Below are positions 14,276 through 26,411 of a DNA stretch of 64,000 nucleotides, in pieces. The position numbers and the translations under genes were made by a program. How positions within the stretch are numbered: the stretch's first letter is position 1; each line of letters starts with the position of its first letter. This DNA comes from Octopus vulgaris. Lineage: Eukaryota. The notes under the pieces are model-generated. The model did not search any database, was not told where the DNA came from, and worked only from the letters and a program-made list of their open reading frames with translations. The stretch covers positions 160,208,001 to 160,272,000 of the forward strand of contig OX597816.1 in the NCBI GenBank assembly GCA_951406725.2, read 5' to 3'.

Positions 14276-14342
14276 AACTATTTGGCTTTGAGTTCAGTCC
14301 TACTGTGCAGGAACATGGCTTGGTAAAGTATCATCTGCTACA

Positions 14343-14642
14343 GTGGTGGTGATGGTTATAGTAATGATTATGATAGGGGGTGATAATGGTGATGGGGGTT
14401 GCTGCTGCTGAGGATAATGATGGTGCTGATGATAGCGGTGGTGCTGGTCAGGGTGGTGGTGGTAGCGGTGGTGATGATGATCATGATAGTGGTGGTAATG
14501 GTACTGTTGTTGTTGTTGGGGGTGGTGCTGCTGCTGCTGAAGATGCTGACAGTGATGGCAGTGACAATGATAGTGATGGTGGTGGTGATGACAATAACAA
14601 TCACAGTCAGTGTTGATAGGATGGTGGCGGTGGTGCTGATGA
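14343..14642. repeat. GGT/GAT/GCT trinucleotide low-complexity tract
   Basis: Seen directly. It accounts for three overlapping ORFs. Confidence 0.85.
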
Positions 14643-15098
14643 CTAAAGATTCAGGTGAGCATTTATTTCTTTGGTGATGCTGGATATTGCTTACTAAACA
14701 TAACAGTGCCGCTATCTTTAGTTTCTATAGGAAATCAATACAATTTCTATATTGACCTAGATCCATCAACTGTCTCTGTTTCATTTGTATTCTCTTTAAG
14801 CAACTATTTGGTTATCATTATTCTTTGAGATTAATTGAAGCTTTTTTAAGCATGTTTCTTAATGGTATTATTTTCTCTTCCTCATTTTATCAGGATCCTT
14901 CTTTTGTTGTTATATAAAGATTTTAGATATAGAGATTTTCTTTGGGTTACAATACTGATGCTTGTGACACCTGGAAAAGATGAAATTTAAAAGTCTCTGA
15001 TGTAGAATAAGTACTAATAGTTTTAGATGAAAGGTAAAGTTAATTTTGGTAGGATTTGAACTCAGAGCATAATAATAATAATAATAATATTAATGATA

Positions 15099-15648
15099 AA
15101 TGCCCTGATGTAGTACCAGGCAGTGGTTCTCCTGGTTTTTGATCTTAACCATTTGAAAGTGCTATCTTGTACATATTTTGTCTTGGTATAAAAGATGGGC
15201 TACAGCAAATATTCTGCTGAATACTACAGATTTTCCTGTCAGATGTTTGACCGTAACCAGTTGAGCATGTCCCTTAGTGGCTGACGATATGTGCATCTCT
15301 GATCACCAGCAGAAGTAGTCAGGGAGCATGATAGCTGTGTGTTGAGAGGAATTCTCGGGAGTTTAGATAATTCACCCTTGGAAACATGGGAGTTTCATTC
15401 AACATCCTTAAACAACCCTTATTCAGGGACCTTTTGAGCAGGTTGGGCTACTCAACCTGAAGAAAATTCTAACTGAGCCCCACTTGCAAGGTTATGTGCA
15501 GTTTATCTTGATATGAGATCACCATGTCATGCACATGTGATTGTGATGCATGTACCTGATGTGTACCTATACTAGACAGGTAGTCATGAGGAGTATTCTG
15601 GGCTTTGTATATTTTACTACAGTGTCACAGTATACTGCTCTCTCACTC
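15099..15648 (+). mobile_element. About 550-bp non-autonomous retroposon embedded in (AAT)n; copies at 32773-33290 and 53003-53318 in opposite orientation
   Basis: Shared ends aaatgccctgatg... and ...ctgctctctcactcaataataat, with colinear internal blocks across three copies. Confidence 0.75.
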
Positions 15649-15667
15649 AATAATAATAATAATAATA

Positions 15668-15880
15668 ATCCTTTCTATTGTAGGCTCAAGGCCTGAAATT
15701 TGGGGGAAGGGGATAGTCGATTACATTGACCCTAGTACTCAACTGGTACTTAATTTATCGACCCCAAAAGGATGAAAGGTAAAATTGACCTCAGTGGAAT
15801 TTGAACTCAGAACATAGCAATGAGCAAAATACCACTAAGCTTTTCACCCAGCATGATAACAATTTGGCTAGCTTGCTGCC

Positions 15881-15926
<46 letters not shown>

Positions 15927-16125
15927 TTTCAAATTTTGGCACAAGGGTAGCAAGTTTGGGGGGAACAGGATAAGTTGATTACATTGGCCCCAGTGTTTCA
16001 CTGGTATTTATTATATTGACCCCTGAAAGGATGAAAGGCAAAGTTGAACTCAGAACTTAACGACAGGCGACATGCTGCTCAGCATTTTGCTTGGTGCAAT
16101 AACAGTTCTGCCAGCTTGCCGCATT
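15668..16125 (-). mobile_element. Two tandem family B SINEs separated by (AAT)n
   Basis: Two copies of the ggatgaaagg.aaa.ttga..tc block with a head at each right end. Confidence 0.8.
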
Positions 16126-16206
16126 AGTAATAATAATATTAATAATAATTATAATAATAATAATATTTTAAAAAGATTGGCATAACTCTTCACAAAGGTA
16201 AACAGA

Positions 16207-16499
16207 CAAGATGAAGCACGTCGTGCGATTGCAATAGATATTTTATTGGTTGAATGATATTTTAACAGCAAGCCTGTCTTTTGTCGAGTTCAAAATATAA
16301 AGTGAAAAAATTCAAAATTATAGAAATTCAAATCTATAAGTTTCAATTTTATAACTGGCGAAACTTAAAGACAGATGATGTCATTCCATCATCATGTGGA
16401 TGCTGGTTTTGTTTTGAACTCGACAAAGGCAGGATTGCTGTTGAAATATTGTTCAGCCAATAAAGTAGCTATTGCAATCGCATCAAGCTCTTCATCTTG
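16207..16499. mobile_element. Foldback/MITE with about 92-bp imperfect terminal inverted repeats
   Basis: caagatgaagcacgtcgtgcgattgcaatag...tttgtcgagttcaaaa pairs with the reverse complement of about 16408-16499. Confidence 0.75.
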
Positions 16500-16519
16500 A
16501 ATAATAATAATAATGATGA

Positions 16520-17050
16520 TAATTATTTCTTTTATTAGCCATATAGGTATAGATGCGGGGGACATCACAAGGACAGATAATTTGTGTGGGGATTTGAGGA
16601 AAAACAAATGGAAAAGATAGTGAAATGCAATAAAAGTATATTTTGTATACAAAGTATGTGATAAAATGAATGATGCAGTCTTCCTGATTCAGGATAAACT
16701 CCAGCTAGGGCCAGTGAAGGAACTCCACTGATTCAGGATTATTCTGACCACTAAAGGTATGAACCCTCTCTCCTGCTCTATTATTTATGGGTGCATACTT
16801 AGAGTTAGGGGCCATTCATGCTAACCATTATTGTCAGTGAGCCATCTTTTCACAAATTCACTGAGAGGTAGCACTTCCTTCTCAACCTTTCCTTTCCAAG
16901 TGCAACTTAAAAAAGTTAAGAATCTGACTGAAGAAGAAATTGTCTTTCTTCAATCATTTCAGCCTTGTCCACCACATAACCTCTTTCACCATAGCCTCTA
17001 GACAGAGGAACATTGCCTGTCCTGCTTTGTTAAAGGTGGTTGGCAGAGCC
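16520..17050 (-). mobile_element. Second decayed Tx1-like LINE 3' fragment
   Basis: cttgtccaccacataacctctttcaccatagcctctagacagaggaa is similar to 1733-1780. Confidence 0.5.
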
Positions 17051-17342
17051 ATCATCATCGTTTAACATCTGCTTTCCATGCTGGCATGGGTTAGATGGTT
17101 TGACTGGATCTGGTAAGCCAGAGAGCTTCACCAGGTTCCAGTCTTATTTGACATGGTTTCTATGGCTGGATGCCCTTCTTAATGCCAACCACTCAAGAGT
17201 GTAACGTGCTTTTTACATGCTACTGGCACAGATGCTTTCATGTGCCACTGGAACAGGTGCCATTTAGGTGACACCGGCATAGGCTACGACTACGATTTCA
17301 CTTGGTTTGATGAGTCTTCTCAAGCAATAATAATAATAATAA

Positions 17343-18376
17343 TTTCTACTATAGGCACAAGGTCTGAAATTTGACAGGAACAAGCTAGTCAATTACACCA
17401 ACCTCACTGCTTAACTGGTTCTTATTTTGAGCCCCAAAAGACGAAAAGTAAAGTCACCCATAGTGAAATTTGAACTCAGAACATAAGGGTTCAGAAGAAA
17501 TTCCACTAAACGTTTTGCTCAGTGTGCTAACGATTCTATCAGCTCATCACCTCACAACAACAACAACAATAATACTCTTTTACTTGTTTCAGTCATTTGA
17601 CTGTGGCCATGCTGGAACACTGCCTTTAGTCGAACTAATCGACCCCAGAACTTATTCTTTGTAAGCCTAGTACTTATTCTATCGGTCTCTTTTGCTGAAC
17701 CACTAGGTTACAGGGACGTAAACACACCAACATTGGTTGTCAAGTGATGGATGGGAGATAAACACACACACAAATACATACATATTCTTTTCTACTCTAG
17801 GCACAATGCTTGAAATCTTTTGTGGAGGGGTCAGTCAATTTGATCGACCTCAGTACCCAACTGGCACTTAATTTATCGACCCCAAAAGGATGAAAGGCAA
17901 AGTTGACCTTGGCGGAATTTGAACTCAGATTGTAAAGACAGATGAAATACCACTAATCATTTCACCCAGCATGCTAACATTTCTTATTTCTTTATTGCCC
18001 ACAAGGGGCTAAACATAGAGGAGACAAACAAGGACAGACAAAGGGATTAAGTCGATTACATCGACCCCAGTGCGTAACTGGTACTTAATTTATTGCCCCC
18101 GAAAGGATGAAAGGCAAAGTTGACCTTGGCGGAATTTGAACTCGGATTGTAAAGACAGATGAAATACCGCTAATCATTTCACCCAGTGTGCTAACGTTTC
18201 TGCCAGCACACCACCTTACAAATACATATACCAAATCTACCAAATCCACTCACAAGGCTTTGGTTGGCCCAAGGCTATAGTTGAAGGCATTCACCCAAGG
18301 TGACATGCAGTGGGACTGAACCCAGAACCATGTAGTTGGGAAGCAATCCTCTTAGCACACAGCCACTCCTGTGCCC
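17343..18376 (-). mobile_element. Nested SINE cluster (family B copies around and inside family A)
   Basis: Three family B copies. A family A copy (17577-17770, resuming near 18230) is interrupted by two of them. Confidence 0.75.
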
Positions 18377-19923
18377 AATAATTTTTCTTCTTATAATCTT
18401 ATTTTCGTTTTGTATTAATGTTATTTGGGATGCTTCAGTAACTCCATATCTCATCATAAATATTTGTATCATTGCCACCCAAATAGAAGGAATAAAAGTC
18501 GTTGCCTTTTTCTGATTAGATCTGATAAAATATCTCTGACATTCAAAGCCTTTAAGTCTTCAACAATCTTCCATAATGATTTCCCCATATTTAATATGCA
18601 TGTGCGTGTGTGTATGTGTGTGTATATATATATATATACATATATATATACATACACACACACACACACATACATACACATATATGTACATGTATATACG
18701 TAATTAGATATTTACATATCTATATACAATGTGTACATACACACTTACCTTGTTTATTGTATTAATATGAAGGGAAGGCTTGGTAAATGAGTATTAAAAA
18801 AAAAAAATCAACAACAGAAAAATCTCAGCAAAATCAAATCTATTTTAGAGTAAGCTAATGTTTGTTCTTACATTACTTTGAACTCAGAATTTAGAGAGAG
18901 AGAGAGAGAGAGAGAAAGAAAGAAAGAGAGAGTGTGTGATGAATGTACATGTTTAACTTCTCGAGTTACTGTGTATATTGAATAGGGTAGCGAGAAGGGG
19001 AGGTAATGAGGATTAAAAATATACAGACATTAACACTGAAGCAGAGATTGACAAGATAAAGACATGTTCTACTCTTTGCCCATTTGGTAAATCCAGTAGA
19101 TCAGCTTTTGCTCTCTATCCTGGCTTCTATTAACAGGTACATTTTATTACTTTTTGTTTGTTTTTGCCAGATTCAGTCAGTTTATTGTGGCCATGTTTAG
19201 TTTATATATCAATTTACCTTTGGTGTTTTGCTTTTTTACTTGTATCAGTCATTAGACTGTGGCCATGCTGGGGCACCACCTGGAAGCACTTTTAGTCAAA
19301 TGAATCAACCCCACCACCACCACCACTTATTTTTATGTTTGTTTGTATTCTTAAGCCTGCTGCTTATTCTGTTGTTCTCTTTTACTGGACAGTTAATATC
19401 TTGGGGACATAAACACACCAACACCATTTGTCAAGCAGTGATGGAGGGGGACAAACATAGACACAAAGTCACACACACACACACACACACATGCATATAT
19501 ATCTTATGGGCTTCTTTCAGTTTCTGTCTATCAAATCTACTCACAATGTTTTGGTTTGCCAAGGAGCCATGCAGTGGGACTGAACCCAGGATCATTTGGT
19601 TGGGAAGTAAACTTCTTACCACACAGCCACACCTGCACCTAGAAGCCATGCCTGCACCTATATGTTGTTAGCATTTTGACCTTGTTATTTAAACTCTGGC
19701 CTCATATAATTAGCCTGCCATTTCAGTTATTTGACTCTGGCCATCATCATCACTATGATCATCCTTTTTACATCCACTTTTTCCATGCTTGCATGCGTTG
19801 AGCGAGACTTATTCAAGTTCAATGTCCACCGTGATGCTTCCCTCTACCTCATGTTTGCAAGTAGGGTACTTTATTCCACTGGTCTTGGTACATCAAACTG
19901 CTTTGCTGTGGAATATATTGTTT

Positions 19924-20575
19924 ATCATCATCATCGTCGTTGTTAAACGTCCGCTTTCCATGCTGGCATGGGTTTGATGGTTTGACTGAGGACTGGCAAA
20001 CCAGAAGGCTGCACCAGGCTCCAATCTGATCTGGTAAAAATTTCTACAGCTGGATGCCATTCCTAATGCCAACCATTCCAAGAGTGTAGTGGGTGCTTTT
20101 TACGTGTCATTAGCATTGTCCACACTTGAATGGTGCTTTTTATGTGTCACTGGCATGAGAGCCAGTCAGGCATCACTGACAACAACCACGCTCGAATAGT
20201 GCTTTTTACATGCCACCAGCATGGAGCCAGTAGGCAGCACTGGCAATGACCACGCTCAAATGGAAATTTTTACATGCCACCAGCACGTAACCAGTCAGGT
20301 GGTGCTGGAATCAACCACGTTTGAATGGAGCTTTTTATGTCACCAGCATGGGTTGGTATAATCCATGGTTACGATCTCACTTGGCTTGCTGGGTCTTCTC
20401 AAGCACAGCATATCTCCAAAGGTCTTGGTCACTTGTCATCGCCTTTATGAGGTCCAATGGTCGAAGGTCGCGCTTCACCACCTCATCACAAGTCACCCTG
20501 GGTCTACCACTTCCACAGGTTCCCTCTATTGCTTAGGTGTGGCACTTTTTCACACAGCGGTCCTCATCCATGAAA
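19924..20575 (-). mobile_element. SINE family C with (GAT)n tail and internal tandem units of about 60 bp
   Basis: Tail catcatcgtt.aacgtccgctttccatgctggcatgggtt, core ctacagctggatgcc.ttcctaatgccaacc and repeated ccacgctcgaatggtgcttttta.gtgcca units. Confidence 0.75.
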
Positions 20576-20721
20576 TATAAACATGTCACCTCTGTTCAAA
20601 TGATGTCAATGTAATGACACACACACACACGTGCGTGTGTGAGAGGAAGAGAGAAGATTCCTTGTCGTGTTCACCAATCAGATTTCACTTACAAGACATT
20701 GGTCAACCCAAGTCTATAGCA

Positions 20722-20880
20722 CAGTGGTTTCTAACCTGTGGTCCACAGACTCTTGGTAGTCTGCAAAGGTAGTACTGGGAGTCCGTGAATTAAATTCAAA
20801 ATTTCATATATATATATATATATATATGCCAGCATGGAAAACGGACGTTAATCGAGGATGATGATCATACACACACACAT

Positions 20881-20926
<46 letters not shown>

Positions 20927-20960
20927 TAGCATGGAAAATGGACTTTAATCAATGATCATA

Positions 20961-20997
<37 letters not shown>

Positions 20998-21089
20998 TAT
21001 ACATAAGGATAAGCATATTAAAAGGGGTCTGTGGGAAAACTTATTTAAATAAAAGGGGGTCTTGGTAGTGAAAAGGTTGGGAACCACTG
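20722..21089. mobile_element. hAT (Charlie-like) MITE
   Basis: TIR cagtggtttctaacct / aggttgggaaccactg. Degenerate 8-bp TSD ctatagca / ctgtaaca. It interrupts a SINE. Confidence 0.75.
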
Positions 21090-21924
21090 CTGTAACAGAA
21101 CACTCTTACTACAGGTGCAATTCAATGAGATTGAAACCAAAACCTCACTTTTGTGCAGTAACCTCTTGGCCACCCAGCCTTATCTGTTCCTCTAAGCATT
21201 TATGCTTTCCTTTGTCTATTGAGATTCAGTTACATTTGACTTTTTACAGAATTTTCAATAATAATGCTTTATTCTTTCTCAACCTTGTAAAATCGACTCC
21301 ATCTTTAAGTACGGAGGCATCAGTTAACTCCGTCTTTGAAGAGTTATATTTTTCTTGCATAACTAACTACTGTGGTTTATTTTCCTTAGAAAATTTATGA
21401 CTTGTGAATTGTTTTCAGCTAATGAATCAAACACATTGCTGTTTATTTATCTCTCCATTGATCTATATGTTTGTCGACTGTCTATCTATCCATCTGTCTG
21501 TCTATCTTTCCTGTCTGTTTCTCTAGGCAGCCCTTTATCAGACCTTGTATCTGATAGAATATCTGTTTTTTGTCTGTTTATCTGTCTAATTACCTGTTAG
21601 TCTATATTACTGACTGTCTCGCTACCTCTGCCTGTCTGTCTTTTGTTTCTTTTCTAGCTATCTCTCAGTCTATATTCATTCGTTTTACATCCATTCTTCC
21701 ATGCTAGCATGAGTTAGACATATATTATTGAGACAATGTTTTATAGCTGGATGCCTTTCCTGTCACATACTCTTATCTGTAAGGAATCTCTTATTTCACA
21801 CATCTTGGAAAGTGCAGAGTGAACGGATAATTTGTTGACAAGAGAAGTTGACAACAACACCATTCGTATCTAGTGACTTCTGTACAGCACAAATGTACAC
21901 AGGTAGACACATGCATGTGCATAC

Positions 21925-21956
21925 ATACTTACATACATATATACATACACATATAC

Positions 21957-21998
<42 letters not shown>

Positions 21999-22011
21999 TA
22001 TATACATACAC

Positions 22012-22045
<34 letters not shown>

Positions 22046-22060
22046 CATATATACATACAC

Positions 22061-22094
<34 letters not shown>

Positions 22095-22109
22095 CATATA
22101 TACATACAC

Positions 22110-22140
<31 letters not shown>

Positions 22141-22152
22141 TCATATATACAT

Positions 22153-22190
<38 letters not shown>

Positions 22191-22205
22191 TATATATATA
22201 TATAT
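21925..22205. repeat. Compound (TA)n microsatellite with a higher-order unit
   Basis: (ta)n-tcatatatacatacacatata repeated about 4-5 times. Confidence 0.85.
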
Positions 22206-22206
22206 C

Positions 22207-22413
22207 ACGTTGATTCGTTAGTTACTGCACGCATTTTTTTCTCTCCTTCTTTCTGTGTTTTTTTTCTCTCTGTGTATCTTTCTGTTGAAGAGCGTAGGCT
22301 TGAAACGTTAAAGACTTGTTTTATTTATATTTCCTGAGCGCCATACTAATACAATTGTTTGTTTGTTTTCCACCTGCCTTCGTCTTTTGTCTATTTTCAT
22401 AAAGCTTCCCGTT
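22207..22413 (+). mobile_element. Short Penelope-like terminal-repeat element with a hammerhead-like motif (22277-22314), inside (TA)n
   Basis: UCUUU-CUGUUGA-A-GAGC-guag-GCUU-GAAAC-GUU-AAAGA. Related copy at 46846-47025 and an inverted tail fragment near 22675-22760. Confidence 0.6.
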
Positions 22414-23022
22414 ATATATATATATATAATTGCTATGTTAAACTGTTGTATGTCCAAATTTGGCTAAATGTGTTCTTTTCAATATTTATTTTTGCTTGCA
22501 ATAGCTGGTTCTTTTGGTCAAACTACCATATCTCCAGCTGCTTCAGATGCCAAGATATCAAACATTGCCAAAGTGTAGTACAACGGTTTTGCTATGGAAT
22601 GGGGAAACTACTTTTTCATTTTTTATAAAAGCAACATTTTGGACTTACAACACTTTTGCATATATATATATATATGGTTCAAATGTACAGAAAACAAAAG
22701 ATGGAGATAGGTGAGAGAACAACAAGCAAGGTGTATTAGTTTGACACTCTGGGAAAATGGAGAGAGAGAAAAAAAACAGAGTGGGGAAAAATGTGTCTGG
22801 ATTTGACATGCTGCTTTTATGCATATAATTTTAATTGAGAAAAAGAAATCAAATCAATGTTATGCACATTTTGGTGAACAAATACCATTTATTTCATATT
22901 TTGCACAAAGTTATGCAGTTTATACAATAAATTTAGTTCTTGTTCACTTCTTCAGGGATTATAATGTGAACCAATTTGTAAGTTGTGCCTATGAAAGAAA
23001 GGATTATTATTATTATTATTAT

Positions 23023-23325
23023 TCAGTAGTTTTATTTTTATAGTGTGCTTTCACTTCACTACCGAACGCAGCTCTGTGTGCCTTGGGTATGTGCTGTGAT
23101 TTGTTGTGATACTTTGATGGTTACTGTATTGAAAGTGTTTTGCGTAGGATGTGTGCAGTGTCTAGTAGTGCAATTTTCTGTATGTTATATGTGTTTGTAA
23201 GTTCTGTGTTTTTTGTTGTGTATTTGTCTGAATATTTTTTTATCATACCTAATGCACCTACTATGATGGGAATTGTTTCTGTTTTTTAGATTCCACATTC
23301 AAGTTACCTCTATTTCCAGGTCTTT
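23023..23325 (-). mobile_element. R4/Dong-like (RLE) non-LTR retrotransposon, 5'-truncated 3' end
   Basis: Minus translation ...TETIPIIVGALGMIKKY...IQKIALLDTAHILRKTLSIQ* (stop at 23121-23123) is a typical RLE C-terminus. (TTA)n lies on both sides. Confidence 0.75.
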
Positions 23326-23884
23326 AATATTATTAAATTATTATTATTATTATTATTATGTAAGACCGCAATCTGGCAGAATCATTAGCATGCTGGGCAA
23401 AGTGCTAAGAGGCATTTCATCCGTCTTCATGTTCTGAGTTCATATTTCTTTTTAGAGGTCAATAAAATAAGTACCAGTTGAACACTGGGGTCGATGTAAT
23501 CGATTTACACCCTCACTCGAAATTGCTGGCCTTGTGCCAAAATTTGAAATCACTATTTTTATTGTTATTATATCTGCTTACTTCACATTTTCAAAGACAC
23601 ATAGAATAAAAGATTCCTTACCTGTAATGCAGATAAGAGTTTGCGACAGGAAGAGCATCCAGCTCTAAAATAATGACTCCTGACTCATTTGTTAAGTCCA
23701 TGGAAACAAGGATAAACATGTGTAGAACAAATGAACTCTCTCTCTCTCTCATACACGGAGAAAATAATCAAAAACCTAGTGGCAATTATTAGCATCTCTC
23801 AAAAAAGGTGAGATAATTTCTAGAAATTAAAAAATTAAACTCTTGATGTTCTACTACATGCTAAAGGAAAGTCTAATTTTTGTT

Positions 23885-24272
23885 TAGGCACAGGAGTGGC
23901 TGTGTGGTAAGTAGCTTGCTTACCAACCTCATGATTCCGGGTTCAGTCCCATTGCGTGCCATCTTGGGCAAATGTCTTCTACTAAGGCCTCGGGCCGACC
24001 AAAGCCTTGTGAGTGGATTTGGTAGACGGAAACTGAAAAGAAGCCCGTTGTATATATGTATATATATGTGTGTGTGTGTATGTTTGTGTTTCTGTATTTG
24101 TCCCTCTAGCATTGCTCGACAACCGATGCTGGTGTGTTTATGTCCCTGTAACTTAGTGGTTCAGCAAAAGAGACCGATAGGATAATTACTAGGCTTACAA
24201 AGAATAAGTCCCGGTGTTGATGTGCTCCAGCATGGCCGCAGTCAAATGACTGAAATAAGTAAAAGAGTAAAA
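23885..24272 (+). mobile_element. Full-length tRNA-derived SINE, family A
   Basis: Head aggcacaggagtggctgtgtggtaag...ggttcagtccc, CORE-like cttgggcaa.tgtctt, internal microsatellite and gtaaaaga tail. Confidence 0.85.
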
Positions 24273-24617
24273 GAGGTAAGAAAAGGAAGAGATTTCCTTG
24301 AAATTAAAAATTAATCACTGAAATTAAATTTACATACTTAGAAGAAAGTTTGATTGTTGCTTGCAGTCAAGTGGGACAACTATGGGCATATTTCAATCTA
24401 TCAGATCTCATTCTTACAGTTCTCATTGGCCTGCTCAAACTCTTCTGATCAGCCAACAAAGATTTTGACATATTGAAAAGGGAGTTATGAGATAAATGCT
24501 TAACCCCTTAGCATTTGAACTGGCCACATCAGGCTCAAACATCCTGCCTGCTTTATGTTCAAGCTGGCTAGATCCAGTCTCTCACGCATTGCCTACAATT
24601 TCATCCTAAAATTAAGA

Positions 24618-25075
24618 AACATCATCATCATCATCGTTTAACGTCCACTTTCCATGTTAGCATGGGTTGGATGATTTGACTGCGGGCTGGCGAACCTGAT
24701 GGCTGCACCAGGCTCCAATCTTGATCTGGCAGGATTTCTACAGCTGGATGCCCTTCCTAATGCCAACCACTCCGAGAGTATAGTGGGTACTTTTACGTGC
24801 CACCGGCATGGGGGCCAGTCAGGCAGTACTGGCAACGACTTCGCTTGAATGTTTTTTCACGTGCCATCGGCACAGGTACCAGTAAGGCGACGCTGGTAAC
24901 AATCACACTCGAATGGTGCCTTTTACGTGCCATTGGCACAAAAGCCAGTTAGCTGCTCTGGTAAAGATCACGCTCAGATGGTGCTCTTAGTACCCCACTA
25001 GTATGGGGCATAAGTGCCAGTAAGGCGATATTGGTAACAATCACACTCGAATGGTGTCGTTTATGTGCCACTGTA
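24618..25075 (-). mobile_element. SINE family C inserted in a TTAA MITE (about 24500-25180)
   Basis: Same tail and core as 19924, with internal tandem units. The host starts ttaacccctt and resumes after 25077. Confidence 0.75.
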
Positions 25076-25795
25076 CACATCATCAAAATCTCTAAGCTAT
25101 GGGAAAACAAATGATTGATTAAAAACAATGAATAAATAAGCATCAGATTTAACAGAGTAATTCAAATGTTAGAATGTTAAATAGATTTCATGCTGGTTTG
25201 CTTTTTATAAAGATTTCCTGATGAAATAATTATTTAGTTTTTCTCATTTGTATTTGTATTGGAAGATTATTGATGTGAAACTGTGTTCAACCAGCTATTA
25301 ATATATTTCGGGAAGGGCATTCTGCTAATAAAAATACATATTTTAGTTCTAGTGCTGTTATTTTATTAATAATTTATCAAAGTCTTTTGCTACACATTTG
25401 TAGCCTTCTCAATGATTTTTCTCTGATTGCTTGTTCCCTTGGTGTTTGGTCTTCATATTTGAAAACAACACTAAGAGTGTAACAGTATGAAGGCTACAAA
25501 TTTCTAGCTAATTAATTGACAAATCAATCAATAAAGAAATGTATGTATATTTGTTGGCAAAATGATCCTCCCAAAGGATCAGCTGTAAGTGGAAAATTTG
25601 CAATGTTGTTAGCGATGAATAGAGTATCTTGTGATATTTGTTTTGTCTCCCTGTGTTCCAGTTTTAAATCCCAATTGAGATCAGCTTTGCCTTTCATCTT
25701 TTTCTCTTAAGTACTAGCCCGGGATAGTAGATTGACAGAATCACTGGAACAGTATCTATTGAGAGGCATTGTTTAACTCTATTTCTATGGTTTAA

Positions 25796-25976
25796 CCCTT
25801 TTGTTACCAACCTGACTGAAACCAGTTTTGGCTCTGAGAACAAATATCTTGTTTTCATAAGTTTTTAATTAAAATCTTCCACCAAACATATATGTTCCTA
25901 ACACTAGCCTATGTTATATTTAAAATTAATTGAAAGAAATACAGAGCATTTCAAAATAAATACAGTAACGAAAGGG
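25796..25976. mobile_element. piggyBac-type MITE
   Basis: TTAA on both sides. TIR cccttttgttac / gtaacgaaaggg. Same family as 55247-55851. Confidence 0.85.
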
Positions 25977-26190
25977 TTAAGGTTTATGAGTGTTAAATAT
26001 TCATCTGGATAAGACGTTAGTCTATTTTATCTTAAACCTGCAAATGACTTTGTCCCTACTTCTTACAGGTATTTGTGTGTGTGTGTGTGTGTGCATATGT
26101 TACCATATAGTCAGGCAAGGAAGAGCAGCACTGATGACAATATTTTTCAGGTCCTCTAGTACTAGTTGTAGAAAAGGAGAAAGGTATACC

Positions 26191-26411
26191 TATTTCTTTA
26201 CTACCCATAAGGGGCTAAACATAGAGGGGACAAACAAGGACAGACAAAGGGATTAAATCGATTACATCAACCCCAGTGCGTAACTGGTACTTGTTTAATC
26301 GACCCTGAAAGAATGAAAGGCAAAGTCGACTTCAGCGGAATAGCGGCAGACGAAATACCGCTAAGCATTTCACCCGGCGTGCTAACAGTTCTGTCAGCTC
26401 GCCGCCCTAGA
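26191..26411 (-). mobile_element. Young family B SINE with perfect 14-bp TSD
   Basis: TSD gagaaaggtatacc at 26177-26190 and 26412-26425. CpGs are retained. Confidence 0.9.

Noticed and set aside
14368-14677. Gly/Asp-rich ORF resembling a structural protein
   Set aside because: Trinucleotide low complexity that is open on both strands, with no splice or homology support.
15291-15330. CUGACGA as another hammerhead
   Set aside because: No stem II followed by GAAA and no closing stems.
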